NCBI GenBank assembly: GCA_047602405.1
Contig: JASGHJ010000001.1
Span: 192,001-256,000, forward strand
Length of the DNA stretch: 64,000 bases
Direction: 5' to 3'
DNA from: Anaeromyxobacteraceae bacterium
Lineage (GTDB): Bacteria > Myxococcota > Myxococcia > Myxococcales > Anaeromyxobacteraceae
Positions 1 to 10,311 of this stretch are shown in pieces (position 1 is the first letter of the stretch; every line of letters begins with the position of its first letter). Under the pieces are notes generated by a model. The model had not been told where the DNA came from and made no database searches. It was given only the letters and a program-made list of their open reading frames with translations. Position numbers and translations under genes: made by a program.

Positions 1-941
1 GCCTTGATGGTGTCGAAGTCCCCCTGCCACTCCTCCTCGATGGGCGGCGGGATCTCGCCGCGCGCGAGCTGGGTGAGGCGGGTGGAGGTCTCCTCGATGG
101 GACGCCGGAAGCCCTCGACGGCCTCGTTCACGCCCGCGACGATGCCCTGGAAGTCGGGGCCCACCGCCTGCGCGTCGGCCCGGACGTCGAGCTTGCCCGC
201 CCGGACGGCGCGGGTGATGTCGCCCACGCCGTTCTGCACGGCGGAGAGCTCGGCGAGGAGCTTCGCGCGCACCCACCACCCGATCGCGAGGGCCACGAAC
301 GCGGCGATGACCGCCACGGTCGCGAGCCGCACGCGGCCGTCCCGGATCACCGCGTCGATCGCGTGCGCCGCGACCTCGGTCTCTCCGTCGACGACCGGGT
401 CCATGGCGTCGCGCGCCGCGTCCCCGGCGGGCCAGCCCTGCTCGGCGGCCTGCGAGGCGCCCCACGCGTTCGCCGAGGCCTCGACCACCTCCGGGTCGGT
501 GCGCGTCATGCCCGACCCGAGCAGGCGATCGCGCTCCGCCGCGCCCTTCGCCGCCTCGGCCACGCGGGCGAGCCAGGGATCGAGCACCGCCCACAGCTCG
601 CGCCAGCGGGCGGTCGCGGCCTCGCCGTGCGGGTGCGCCTCGTACGCGGCGCGGGCCTGTCCGAGCTCCTCGACCGCCTGCTTCAACCCGTCCTGCGCGG
701 CGCGCCGCTCGTCGAGCGTGGCCTTGTTCACGAACAGCGCCGAGAGCTGGCGCGCGACCGCCGCGCGGCGATCGTTGAGCCGGTTCCACGCCTTGACCGA
801 CGGGGTCGCGTGCGCCTCGTGGTGCTGCTGGGCGGCGGCGACCGCGGCGAGGCTCACGACGCCGGTGAAGGCGATGAACGCCGCGATGAAGGCGGACGCC
901 GCGAGCCCGGCGACGACGAGGGTGGAGAGCTTGAGACGCAT
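1..941 (-). CDS. Methyl-accepting chemotaxis protein, N-terminal part (runs off window)
   Basis: Minus-strand ORF from ATG at 941 (MRLKLSTLVVAGLAASAF...). TM, helical sensor, TM, then HAMP-like repeats ending ...[15 protein letters not shown], resembling the MCP at 42638-45476. Confidence 0.8.
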   Translation of the reverse strand, partial: MRLKLSTLVVAGLAASAFIAAFIAFTGVVSLAAVAAAQQHHEAHATPSVKAWNRLNDRRAAVARQLSALFVNKATLDERRAAQDGLKQAVEELGQARAAYEAHPHGEAATARWRELWAVLDPWLARVAEAAKGAAERDRLLGSGMTRTDPEVVEASANAWGASQAAEQGWPAGDAARDAMDPVVDGETEVAAHAIDAVIRDGRVRLATVAVIAAFVALAIGWWVRAKLLAELSAVQNGVGDITRAVRAGKLDVRADAQAVGPDFQGIVAGVNEAVEGFRRPIEETSTRLTQLARGEIPPPIEEEWQGDFDTIK

Positions 942-986
942 GGGGGAAGGTCCTCTCGCGACCGATGGTGATCCGGTAGTAGCCCT

Positions 987-1003
987 TTGCAGCGCGCGGG
1001 CCT
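987..1003 (-). promoter_or_regulatory. Possible sigma-54 (-24/-12) promoter for the MCP gene
   Basis: AGGCCCGCGCGCTGCAA gives GG-N10-GC, 46 nt upstream of the ATG; weak evidence in high-GC DNA. Confidence 0.3.
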
Positions 1004-1278
1004 GACGCGGGGTTCGCGGAACCTCGCGTAAACCGGTCATGATCCGCCAGGTTCGCCGGTCCGTCCGGGAGGGGCACCACGCACCCGGGGGGTCCTCGCC
1101 CCCGGGGAGGAGGGCCGGCGTTCGACCCTGGGGGCGGCCTCGACCCGGCGAATTGTCCCGTCGATCAGCGCGCGCGGGGATGGCTCGGAACTCGCAATCG
1201 GTCATCGCCCGAAGGCGCTCGACCGGGCCGGCCCCCGCGGCCCGGCGTGCGCCCACCCTCCGACCCGAGGTCCAACGC

Positions 1279-1842
1279 ATGTCGTACCTCCACCGCGCCG
1301 CCCTCCTCGCCACCCTGGCCGCCGCGCTCGTCGCGCGCCCGGCGTCCGCCGAGCCGCTCTCGGCGCACAACCAGGCGCTGCTCGTGGTGAAGGTGCTCGG
1401 CTCCGACAAGGACCTCGCCCGCCGCGCCTCCGGCTCCGCCGTGATCGCCGTCGCCGCCGTGCAGGGCGACGTCCGGGCCGAGGCCCGCCGCGACGCCATC
1501 GTGAACGAGCTGAAGCTCCTCTCGAAGGACGTCCGCCTCCAGGGGCTCGCGCTCGACGCGCGCGCCGTGACCTGGGGCGAGGCCGACGCCCTCTCCCGCG
1601 CCTCCGCGGTCGTGGTGGTGGGCGGCCTCGCCGAGAAGGCCGCCGAGATCGTGAAGCTGACCCGCACGAAGCAGGTGCTCTCGATCGGCGAGGATCCCTC
1701 CGCGGTCGAGCGCGGCCTCGCGGTCGGCGTCTTCGCCCGCGCGGCGAAGGCCGTCATCTCCGCCTCGCTCCTCACCGCGCGGCAGGAGGGCGTGACGTTC
1801 GAGCCGGCGTTCCTGCGCACGGCCGAGCTGGTGGACGAGTAG
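1279..1842 (+). CDS. YfiR/HmsC (DUF4154)-like secreted protein
   Basis: Signal peptide; VLSIG...VERGLAVGV...ARQEGVTFEPAFLRTAELV C-terminal pattern. Confidence 0.6.
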   Translation: MSYLHRAALLATLAAALVARPASAEPLSAHNQALLVVKVLGSDKDLARRASGSAVIAVAAVQGDVRAEARRDAIVNELKLLSKDVRLQGLALDARAVTWGEADALSRASAVVVVGGLAEKAAEIVKLTRTKQVLSIGEDPSAVERGLAVGVFARAAKAVISASLLTARQEGVTFEPAFLRTAELVDE

Positions 1843-1851
1843 CGCCTGACG

Positions 1852-3126
1852 CTACCCCTCGGGCTCCCGGAGCCCGCGGATCGAGGCGTCCAGGAACTCG
1901 ATCGGGTGCGCGGCGCGCACCGACGTGGACCGCTCGCGCAGCATGCGCAGCACGTGGAGCGTGCAGCCCGGGTTGGCGCTCGCGAGCCACGGCGCGCCCG
2001 TCGCGAGCACGGCCTGGGCCTTGCGCGCCCCGACCTGCTCGGCGGCCTCCGGCTGCACGAGGTTGTAGACGCCCGCGCTCCCGCAGCAGCCCTCGGCCTC
2101 CCCGACGTCCACGACCTCGAGGCCGGGGATGCCGGTGAGGAGGGCGCGCGGCGCCGCGCCGACGCGCTGCGCGTGCGCGAGGTGGCAGGGCGCGTGGAAC
2201 GCCACCTTCGCGGCGATGGGGTGCCGCGGTGCGCGCGGCTCGAGCGAGGCCACGAGCTCGTTCACGTCGCGCACCCGGGCCGAGAAGGCCCTCGCGCGCT
2301 CGAAGAAGCCGTCGCCCTCGAAGAGCCGCTCGCAGTCCTTGAGGTGCGAGCCGCAGCCGGCGGAGTTCACGACGACGAGCTCGACGCCCGCGACCTCGAA
2401 GCGTTCGATGAGCGCGCGCACCATCCGGCGCGACTCCTCGAGCCGGCCCGCGTGCACCGAGAGCGCGCCGCAGCAGCCCTGTCCGCCGGGCACCACGACC
2501 TCGCAGCCCTCCGCGGCGAGCACGCGCGCGGTGGCCGCGTTGACGCCCGGGAAGAAGGTGCCCTGCACGCAGCCGGTGACGAGGCCCACCCGGAGCCGGC
2601 GCGGGCCCTGCGCGGGCACCGCGGCGGGCAGCCGCGCGGCGATCGCCGCGAGCGACACCGGCGGCGCGAGCCCCTCCGCCGCCGCGAGCCGCCGCGACAG
2701 GAGCCGCGTGAGCCCCGTCACCCGCGCGAGCCACGCGAGCCCGGTCGCGCGGTAGAGCCAGAGCAGCACCGCGGCGACGCGCAACCGGCGCGGGTACGGG
2801 AGCACCGCAAAGAGGAGCGCCCGGTGGAGCCGGTCGACCGCGCCCCGCGGCACCGCCCGCTCCCGCGCCGCGCGCGCCTCCTCGATGATCCGGTCGTAGC
2901 GCACGCCGGACGGGCACGCCGGCAGGCAGGCCATGCAGCCCAGGCACCGGTCGAGGTGGAGGGCGACCTCCTCGTCCATCGCGATCCGCCCGTCGCGCAC
3001 GGCCTTCACGAGGTCGATGCGGCCGCGGGGCGAGTCCATCTCGGCGCCCCACACGTGCCAGGTCGGGCAGACCGGCAGGCAGAAGCCGCAGTGCACGCAC
3101 TCGTCGACGTGGGCCCGCGGCGCCAT
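1852..3126 (-). CDS. glcF: Glycolate oxidase iron-sulfur subunit
   Basis: CVHCGFCLPVC and CLGCMACLPAC 4Fe-4S motifs, two CCG domains; operon with glcDE. Confidence 0.9.
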   Translation of the reverse strand: MAPRAHVDECVHCGFCLPVCPTWHVWGAEMDSPRGRIDLVKAVRDGRIAMDEEVALHLDRCLGCMACLPACPSGVRYDRIIEEARAARERAVPRGAVDRLHRALLFAVLPYPRRLRVAAVLLWLYRATGLAWLARVTGLTRLLSRRLAAAEGLAPPVSLAAIAARLPAAVPAQGPRRLRVGLVTGCVQGTFFPGVNAATARVLAAEGCEVVVPGGQGCCGALSVHAGRLEESRRMVRALIERFEVAGVELVVVNSAGCGSHLKDCERLFEGDGFFERARAFSARVRDVNELVASLEPRAPRHPIAAKVAFHAPCHLAHAQRVGAAPRALLTGIPGLEVVDVGEAEGCCGSAGVYNLVQPEAAEQVGARKAQAVLATGAPWLASANPGCTLHVLRMLRERSTSVRAAHPIEFLDASIRGLREPEG

Positions 3127-3128
3127 CG

Positions 3129-4352
3129 CTAGATCCCCCCCACGAACCGGCCCGGCGCGAGCCGGCCCTCCGGGTCGAGCTCGGCCTTCAGCCGCCGCAT
3201 GATCGCGATCCCGGGCGGCGGCGGGCCCCACGGCTCCACCGCGGTCCGGATGCCGCCCGGCGCCTCCGCCACCACGAGCGTCCCGTCGAGCCGGGCCGCC
3301 GCCTCGCGGGCGCGGACGATGGCCGCGGCGGCGTCGAGGGGCGCGGCCTTCGCGGAGACCGTGCCGACCCCGAGCACCGGCTCGAGCGCCGCCGCGCCGC
3401 CGAGCGCGCGCGAGAGCGGCTCCACGACCTCCTTCACGAGCGCGGCGAGCGCCGAGGACGCGGCCGCGACCCGCACGCGGACCTCGCCCTCCGACCGCAG
3501 CGCCGCGTGGCGCCCCCAGAGCTGGGCGGCGCCCGCCGGCGCGAGCCGCTCCGCCGGGACGCCGAGCGGGACCGCGAGCTCCTTGAGCCTCGCCTGCTGC
3601 GCCGCGACGCCGGGGCCGAAGCCCTCGAAGCGCACCGCGAGCACGAGCCGCCCGCCCTCGAGGAGGAGCGACACCGCCGCGGGCTCGAGCTGCGCGTCGC
3701 GGAGCGCCTTCACGACCGCCCGCGCGGCCTCGGCGTCCCGCGGCACGAGCACGGCGGTCTCGTCCACCTCCGGGAGCGGGTGCAGCCGGAACGTCACCGT
3801 CGCGAGGAGCGCGAGCGTGCCGAGCGATCCCACCATGAGCCGCGGGAGGTCGAAGCCGGCGACGTTCTTCACCACCTTGCCGCCGCCGCGCGCGAGCACG
3901 CCGTCGGCGCGGACCAGCGACACGCCCACCAGGAGATCGCGCGAGGTGCCGTAGCGCGTCCGGTGCGGGCCCCACGCGTTCGCGGCCACCACGCCGCCGA
4001 GCGTCGCGCGGTCGGGCGACGGCGGGTCGAGCGCGAGCCGCTGCCCGTGCGGCGCGAGCGCCGCCTGGAGCGCCGCGACCGTGAGGCCGGCCTCGGCGAC
4101 GACGATCTGGTCGGCGGGCTGGTGCTCGACCACGCGGGCGAGGCCGCCGGTGCGCAGGACGAGGTCGAGGCCGGAGGGTGGCGCGCCGAGGCCGAGGTCG
4201 GTCCCGCCGCCCACGAAGCCGACCCGCAGCCGGTCGCGGGCGCACGCCTTCATGACCTCGACCGCCTCCTCCACGCTCGCGGGCTCCGCGACGAGCCGCG
4301 GCGCGACGCCGAGGAGCGCGTCCTCCGCGCGGGCGGGCCGGGGCGGGCTCAC
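3129..4352 (-). CDS. glcE: Glycolate oxidase FAD-binding subunit
   Basis: GGKVVKNVAGFDL...GSLGTL motif; GTG start overlaps the glcD stop (GTGA). Confidence 0.88.
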   Translation of the reverse strand: MSPPRPARAEDALLGVAPRLVAEPASVEEAVEVMKACARDRLRVGFVGGGTDLGLGAPPSGLDLVLRTGGLARVVEHQPADQIVVAEAGLTVAALQAALAPHGQRLALDPPSPDRATLGGVVAANAWGPHRTRYGTSRDLLVGVSLVRADGVLARGGGKVVKNVAGFDLPRLMVGSLGTLALLATVTFRLHPLPEVDETAVLVPRDAEAARAVVKALRDAQLEPAAVSLLLEGGRLVLAVRFEGFGPGVAAQQARLKELAVPLGVPAERLAPAGAAQLWGRHAALRSEGEVRVRVAAASSALAALVKEVVEPLSRALGGAAALEPVLGVGTVSAKAAPLDAAAAIVRAREAAARLDGTLVVAEAPGGIRTAVEPWGPPPPGIAIMRRLKAELDPEGRLAPGRFVGGI

Positions 4353-5803
4353 CAGCGCTCCACCTCCCCGGCGCGCTCCGCCGGGTGGGGACGGTACGGG
4401 CCGGGCTTCTCGCCGCACAGGCGCGGCGTCGGGAAGACCTTGCCCGGGTTGAAGCGGCCGGCGGCGTCGAACGCGCAGCGGACGCGCGCCATCGTCTCGA
4501 GGTCGTCCGCGCCGAACTGGTCGGCCATGTAGGCGGCCTTCTCCGCGCCGACGCCGTGCTCGCCGGTGATGGACCCGCCGAGCCGCACGCACAGCCGGAG
4601 GATGTCGCCGCCGAGCCTCGCCGCGCGCTCCTCCTCGCCGGGCCGCGCGGCGTCGTAGAGCACGAGCGGGTGCAGGTTGCCGTCGCCGGCGTGGAACACG
4701 TTCGCGACCCGCAGGCCGGCCTCGTCGGCGAGCCGCTGGATCTCCCGCAGCGTCCGCGCGATCTCCGAGCGCGGGATGACGCCGTCCTCGACGAGGTAGC
4801 TCGGGCTGATGCGCCCGACGGCGGCGAACGCGCTCTTGCGCCCCTTCCACATGAGCTGCCGCTCGGCCTCGTCCCTCGGCACCGACACCGCGGTCGCGCC
4901 CGCGGCCCGCGCGCAGGCGATCGCCCGCTCGGCGGTGTGCGCGACCTCCGCCTCGGGGCCGTCGACGTCCATGAGGAGGAGCGCGCCGCGGTCCGGCCAG
5001 GCGAGCCCGGTCGCCGCCTTCGCGGCCTGGATGGCGAGCGTGTCCATCATCTCGATCGCCGCGGGCAGGATGCCCGCCGCGATGATGGCCGACACCGCCG
5101 CGCCCGCCTCGTCGTTGCCGGGGAAGGTCGCGAGGAAGGTGCGGGTGGCCTGGGGCTTCCGGAGCAGCCGGAGGGTCACCTCGGTCACGATGCCCAGCAT
5201 GCCCTCCGAGCCGACGAGCGCGGCGAGGAGGTCGTAGCCGGGCCCGTCCGCCACGGGCCCGCCGAGGTCCACCACCTCGCCGCCGTCGAGCACCACCCGC
5301 GCGCCGAGCACGTGGTTCACGGTGAAGCCGTACTTCAGGCAGTGCGCGCCGCCGGAGTTCTCCGAGACGTTGCCGCCGATCGAGCAGATCGACTGCGACG
5401 ATGGATCCGGCGCGTAGTAGTAGCCGCGCGCCGAGACCGCCTTCGTGACGTCGAGGTTGATGACGCCGGGCTCGACCTTCACCCAGCCGTCCTCGAGGTT
5501 CACCTCGAGGACGCGGCGCATCCGCGAGAGCGCCACCACCACCGACTCGGGCGTGGGCCGCGCGCCGCCGGAGAGGCCGGTCCCGGACCCGCGCGGCACG
5601 AGCGGCACGCCCGCCTCGCGGGCGAGGCGCACGACCGCCGCGACCTCCTCGGTCGAGCCGGGGAGGACGACGAGGCGAGGCCTCACCCGCCCGTGGGCCA
5701 GGCCGTCGCACTCGTAGGTCGAGAGCGCCGCGGGGTCGGAGAGGCAGTGCGCCTCCCCGACCACCTCGGCGAGCCGGCGAGCGAGCGGGTCCTCGTGGGC
5801 CAT
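4349..5803 (-). CDS. glcD: Glycolate oxidase subunit (FAD-linked oxidase)
   Basis: PRGSGTGLSGG, APDPSSQ, HAGDGNLHP and GEHGVG motifs. Confidence 0.92.
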   Translation of the reverse strand: MAHEDPLARRLAEVVGEAHCLSDPAALSTYECDGLAHGRVRPRLVVLPGSTEEVAAVVRLAREAGVPLVPRGSGTGLSGGARPTPESVVVALSRMRRVLEVNLEDGWVKVEPGVINLDVTKAVSARGYYYAPDPSSQSICSIGGNVSENSGGAHCLKYGFTVNHVLGARVVLDGGEVVDLGGPVADGPGYDLLAALVGSEGMLGIVTEVTLRLLRKPQATRTFLATFPGNDEAGAAVSAIIAAGILPAAIEMMDTLAIQAAKAATGLAWPDRGALLLMDVDGPEAEVAHTAERAIACARAAGATAVSVPRDEAERQLMWKGRKSAFAAVGRISPSYLVEDGVIPRSEIARTLREIQRLADEAGLRVANVFHAGDGNLHPLVLYDAARPGEEERAARLGGDILRLCVRLGGSITGEHGVGAEKAAYMADQFGADDLETMARVRCAFDAAGRFNPGKVFPTPRLCGEKPGPYRPHPAERAGEVERW

Positions 5804-5816
5804 GGGCCCTCCCGCC

Positions 5817-7610
5817 CTACTTTACGGGCGGGACCGGGATGACGCCCGTGAACACGTACGCCTGCAGGAGCGCGATGATGCCGATGACGGCCGCCCCGGC
5901 GAGCGAGTGCCACCAGACCGCGCGGAAGATCGGGCCGAGCGAGTGCGCCCGCTCCTTCGGATCGTCGTAGCAGGCCGCGCCCGCCACCATGATCGACTGC
6001 GCGTCGATCATCTTGCCCATGACGCCGCCGGTGGAGTTGGTGGCGACGATGAGGACCTCGTTCAGGTTCAGCTGCTGCGCGGTGATGCGCTGCAGGCTCC
6101 CGAAGAGCGCGTTCGAGGCGGTGTCGGAGCCGGTGAGGAACACGCCCAGCCAGCCGAGGTAGGCCGCGAAGAACGGGTAGAGGAACCCGGCGTTCGTGAA
6201 CGCGAGGCCGAGGACCGCGTCGGTGCCGGAGTAGCGGGTGAGGTAGCCGAGGCCGAGCACCTGGCCGATGACGAGCACCGGGGTCTTCATGCGGCCGAGG
6301 GTCCGGCGGACGGCCTCGCCCCACTGCGCGGCGCTCATCTTGAGCACGAGGCCCGAGATGATCGCGGCGACGAACACGCCGGTGCCGGCGGCGGAGAGCC
6401 AGTTGATCGTGAAGCGGGCCGCCTCGGGCTTCGCGTTGACCGCCGCGACCGGCGGCATGCGCTGCACGAGGTTGTGGAGGGCCGGCATGTCCCAGGTCGG
6501 CAGCGAGAGGACGCCGCCGATCTTCGAGCCCAGGAACGTCGAGTCGAACTTCACCGAGGCGAAGAGCCCGTTGAGCGCCTTCTTGAACTCGGGCGCGCCC
6601 CAGAGCGCGCAGCAGGCGATGAGGATCGCCCAGGGCAGCCAGGCGTAGACGGTCTGGCCGACGGTGTACGGGTACTTCCAGGCCGACTTGTCGATGGCCT
6701 CGGCGGTCTTCCCGGCCTCGCGCTCCGCCCGCAGCAGGAAGCGCGTCTTCGGGTGCCACACGAAGCGCAGGAAGAGCGCGGTGCACACGACCGAGGTCAC
6801 GCCCGCGAGCACGTCGGTCATGAGGTGGGTCTCGGGCAGGCCCGAGAAGATCCACTGCGCGACGGCGAAGGAGACGCCGGAGACGACCGCCGCGGGCCAG
6901 ACCTCGAAGACCTCGCCCCAGGTGCCGCCCTCCATCTTCACGAACGCGGCGATGAGCCAGAAGGGCACGAGCACCGAGACGAACGGCAGCTGGCGGCCGG
7001 CCATCGCGGAGAGCGACACCTGGTCGAGGCCGGAGACCGCGGCGAGCGTGACGATCGGCGTGCCGATGGCGCCCCAGGCGACCGGGGCGGTGTTGGCGAG
7101 GAGGTTCAGCACGGCGGACTGGAAGGGCTTGAAGCCGAGGCCCACCATGACCGCGCCGGCGATGGCCACCGGCGTGCCGAAGCCGGAGGTGCCCTCGATG
7201 ATCGCGCCGAACGAGAACGCGATCAGGAGCACCTGCAGGCGCCGGTCGAACGAGATGTGGATGATCGACTCCTTCACGATCTCGAACTTCCCGGTGATGA
7301 CGGTCATCGTGTAGAGGAACATCGCCGCCACGACGATCCAGATGATCCCGAGGAAGCCGGAGAGCGTGCCGAGCGCGAACGCCGACACCGCCGTGCCGAC
7401 CGGCATCCCGAACACGAGGCAGGTGATCAGGAACGCCGCGATGACGCCGAAGAACGCGGCGTACGGCGCGGAGATGCCGAGGTGGCGGACGCCGTCCTTG
7501 TCGCGGTGCGGATGCAGCGCGATGAAGTAGAGCAGCACCGCGATGGGCACCGCGGCGAGGACGGTGGAGAGGAAGACGCTCCCGGTGGGGTTGTAGTTCT
7601 GCTGGTACAT
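5817..7610 (-). CDS. L-lactate/glycolate permease (LctP family)
   Basis: Multi-TM; GFGTPVA, ANTAPVAWG, LTGSDTASNALFG and GGVMGKMI motifs. Confidence 0.92.
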   Translation of the reverse strand: MYQQNYNPTGSVFLSTVLAAVPIAVLLYFIALHPHRDKDGVRHLGISAPYAAFFGVIAAFLITCLVFGMPVGTAVSAFALGTLSGFLGIIWIVVAAMFLYTMTVITGKFEIVKESIIHISFDRRLQVLLIAFSFGAIIEGTSGFGTPVAIAGAVMVGLGFKPFQSAVLNLLANTAPVAWGAIGTPIVTLAAVSGLDQVSLSAMAGRQLPFVSVLVPFWLIAAFVKMEGGTWGEVFEVWPAAVVSGVSFAVAQWIFSGLPETHLMTDVLAGVTSVVCTALFLRFVWHPKTRFLLRAEREAGKTAEAIDKSAWKYPYTVGQTVYAWLPWAILIACCALWGAPEFKKALNGLFASVKFDSTFLGSKIGGVLSLPTWDMPALHNLVQRMPPVAAVNAKPEAARFTINWLSAAGTGVFVAAIISGLVLKMSAAQWGEAVRRTLGRMKTPVLVIGQVLGLGYLTRYSGTDAVLGLAFTNAGFLYPFFAAYLGWLGVFLTGSDTASNALFGSLQRITAQQLNLNEVLIVATNSTGGVMGKMIDAQSIMVAGAACYDDPKERAHSLGPIFRAVWWHSLAGAAVIGIIALLQAYVFTGVIPVPPVK

Positions 7611-7807
7611 GCACGATCTCCCGCAGCGAGGTGGAGGACCTCTGCGTCTCGAGTCGACGTGCTACCGGCTGCTCGTGGCGCACATGAGAGTCAGGTTGCC
7701 GCTGATCTGGCAAGCCTCGCCTCGCCGCGCGCTGCGTCACCCTCCGGCCGCATTCACGAAACGTGCAGATCCGTCGGCGGAGGAGGGGTGCCTTCCTCCC
7801 GCCCGGG

Positions 7808-7829
7808 GCGCACCCCGGCCGGGGTGCGC
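7808..7829. repeat. 22-bp perfect palindrome in divergent intergenic region
   Basis: GCGCACCCCGG|CCGGGGTGCGC. Confidence 0.6.
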
Positions 7830-7874
7830 GGCGCGGCGCATGCACCCGCGCGAGGTGGAGGTTAGGTTCGCCCG

Positions 7875-9197
7875 ATGGCGTCGCCCTCCGTGACCCTCGA
7901 CGTCGCCGGCCGCGAGGTGACGATCACGAACCCGGCGAAGGTCTACTTCCCGCCGGTCGAGGGGAAGCACGCCGGCTACTCGAAGCTCGACCTCGTCCGC
8001 TACTACCTCGCGGTCGCCGACCCGGTGCTGAGGAGCCTGGGCGGCAGGCCGATGGCGATGAAGCGGTACGTCGACGGCATCGCGGGCGAGGCCTTCTACC
8101 AGAAGCGCGCGCCGGAGAAGCGCCCCGACTTCGTCGAGGTCGCGACCTTCTCCTTCCCGTCCGGCCGCACCGCCGAGGAGGTCGTGCTCACCGGCGCGCC
8201 GACGCTCGCGTGGGCGGTGAACCTCGGCTGCATCGACCTCCACCCGCACCCGGTGCGGGCCGACGACCTCGACCACCCCGACGAGCTGCGCGTCGACCTC
8301 GACCCGGTGCCGGGCGTGGCGTGGCCGGACGTCTGCGCCGTCGCGATGGCCGCGCGCGACGTGCTCCGCGACTTCGGCCTCGCCGGCTGGCCGAAGACCT
8401 CGGGCTCGCGGGGCATCCACGTCTGGGTGCGCATCGAGCGCCGCTGGGAGTACCCGCAGGTCCGCCGCGCCGCGCTGGCGCTCGCGCGCGAGGTCGAGCG
8501 CCGCGTGCCCGCGCTCGCGACCTCCAAGTGGTGGAAGGAGGAGCGGCACGGCGTCTTCCTCGACTACAACCAGAACGCGCGCGACCGCACCACCGTCGGC
8601 GCGTGGTCGGTGCGCCCGGTGCCCGACGCGCGCGTCTCGACGCCGCTCGCCTGGGACGAGGTGCCCACCTGCGACCCCGCCACGTTCACGGTCGCCACCG
8701 TGCCCGCCCGGTACGCCGCGCGCGGCGATCCGTTCGAGGGCATCGACGCCGCGCCGGGCTCGCTCGACGGGCTCCTCGAGCTCTCGAGGAAGCACGAGGC
8801 CGAGGGGCTCGGCGACGCGCCCTGGCCGCCGCACTTCGCGAAGGCGGAGGGCGAGGGGAAGCGCGTCGCGCCCTCGCGCGCGCGGAAGCCGGGCGAGAGC
8901 CGGCGGGTGCCGAAGGTGCCGCTCCTCACGATCTCGAAGGCGGCCGCGAAGGCCGACGCGCTCGCCGGGCTCGAGCGCTGGAAGGCGCGCCACCCGGCGG
9001 TGGTCCCGCACCTCGAGGCGGCGGACGTGCTCGTCGACTCGATGCGCGGGCGCTCGTCCACCTGGACGCGCGTGCGCGTGAACCTCGTGCACGTGCCCGC
9101 GGAGCTGAGACCCGCGGAGGAGCCGCCGGAGCCGGACTACGATCCGTGGGAGGGTTTCTCCCCGCCCGCCGGTGCAGACGAGCCCGCCGAGCCCTGA
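7875..9197 (+). CDS. LigD-like primase-polymerase (Prim-PolC type) with C-terminal extension
   Basis: ITNPAKVYFP, FYQK, ELRVDLDP, KTSGSRGIH, WWKEERHGVFLDYNQN. Confidence 0.88.
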   Translation: MASPSVTLDVAGREVTITNPAKVYFPPVEGKHAGYSKLDLVRYYLAVADPVLRSLGGRPMAMKRYVDGIAGEAFYQKRAPEKRPDFVEVATFSFPSGRTAEEVVLTGAPTLAWAVNLGCIDLHPHPVRADDLDHPDELRVDLDPVPGVAWPDVCAVAMAARDVLRDFGLAGWPKTSGSRGIHVWVRIERRWEYPQVRRAALALAREVERRVPALATSKWWKEERHGVFLDYNQNARDRTTVGAWSVRPVPDARVSTPLAWDEVPTCDPATFTVATVPARYAARGDPFEGIDAAPGSLDGLLELSRKHEAEGLGDAPWPPHFAKAEGEGKRVAPSRARKPGESRRVPKVPLLTISKAAAKADALAGLERWKARHPAVVPHLEAADVLVDSMRGRSSTWTRVRVNLVHVPAELRPAEEPPEPDYDPWEGFSPPAGADEPAEP

Positions 9198-10255
9198 CCG
9201 AAGATCGCCGCGAGCTCCGCGGCGGCGACCTGCTCCAGCTGATCGTAGCGGCAGTCCGCCGGCGACCTGTCGTCCCGCCAGCGGACCATGTGCGTCGCGT
9301 GCCGGAAGCGGTCGCCCTGCAGGTGATCGTACGAGACCTCGACCACGCGCTCGGGCCGCACCGGCTCCCACTCGAGCGACTTGCCGCGGTTCCAGCGCGA
9401 GGTCGCGCCGGGCATGCGGCTCCCCCCCGGCTCCTCCCGCCACGCGGCCCAGGGGTGCCCCTCGAGCGCGTTCGCGCGCAGCGGCTCGAGCTCGGCGGCG
9501 AGCTCCTTCCGCTGCTTCGCCGAGAACCCGCTCGCGACCCCGGCGTGCTGCAGCGTCCCCTGCCCGTCGAGGAGGCCGAGGAGCAGCGAGCCCACCTCGA
9601 CGCCGGGCGCGTTCGCGTGCCAGCGGAAGCCGGCGACGACGCAGTCCGCGGTGCGGGCGTGCTTCACCTTGAGCATGGTGCGCTTGCCGGCGTCGTAGGT
9701 GCCGTCGGCGCGCTTCGCCATCACGCCGTCGAGCCCGGCGCCCTCGAACCGGGAGAACCAGTCCCGCGCCACCGCCTGGTCGGCGGACGCCGGCGTGAGG
9801 TGGAGCGGCGGGCGCGCGCCGGCGAGCACCTCCTCGAGCCGCGCGCGCCGCTCGCCGAACGGCGCGCCGCGGAGATCCCGGTCGCCGAGCGCGAGGAGAT
9901 CCCAGGCGACGAGCTCGGCGGGCGTCTCCTTCGCGAGGAGCGCCACCCGGGAGGCCGCCGGGTGGATGCGGAGCAGGAGCCGCTCGAAGTCGAGGCCGCG
10001 CGGGCCGGCGATCACGATCTCCCCGTCGAGCACGCACCGCTCCGGCAGCGCGGCCTTGAGCGGCGCCTCGAGCTCCGGGAAGTAGCGGTTCATCGGCTTC
10101 AGATCCCGCGACTGGAGCAGGAGCTCGTCGCCGTCCCGGAAGACGAGCGTGCGGAAGCCGTCCCACTTCGGCTCGTAGATCCAGCCCGCGCCCTCCGGGA
10201 GCGCCTCGGAGAGCTTCGCGAGCATCGGCTCGAGCGGTGCCTCGAAGGGCAGCAT
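9137..10255 (-). CDS. ligC: ATP-dependent DNA ligase (LigC type)
   Basis: EPKWDGFR, LDGEIV, EGAGLDGVMAK, KVKHARTADCVV, VEVSYD. Confidence 0.88.
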   Translation of the reverse strand: MLPFEAPLEPMLAKLSEALPEGAGWIYEPKWDGFRTLVFRDGDELLLQSRDLKPMNRYFPELEAPLKAALPERCVLDGEIVIAGPRGLDFERLLLRIHPAASRVALLAKETPAELVAWDLLALGDRDLRGAPFGERRARLEEVLAGARPPLHLTPASADQAVARDWFSRFEGAGLDGVMAKRADGTYDAGKRTMLKVKHARTADCVVAGFRWHANAPGVEVGSLLLGLLDGQGTLQHAGVASGFSAKQRKELAAELEPLRANALEGHPWAAWREEPGGSRMPGATSRWNRGKSLEWEPVRPERVVEVSYDHLQGDRFRHATHMVRWRDDRSPADCRYDQLEQVAAAELAAIFGQGSAGSSAPAGGEKPSHGS

Positions 10256-10311
10256 GGGGCGATCCCTATCGAGGCACGGCCGCGCGCGCCAGCGATCGCT
10301 AGGGTCCTGGG

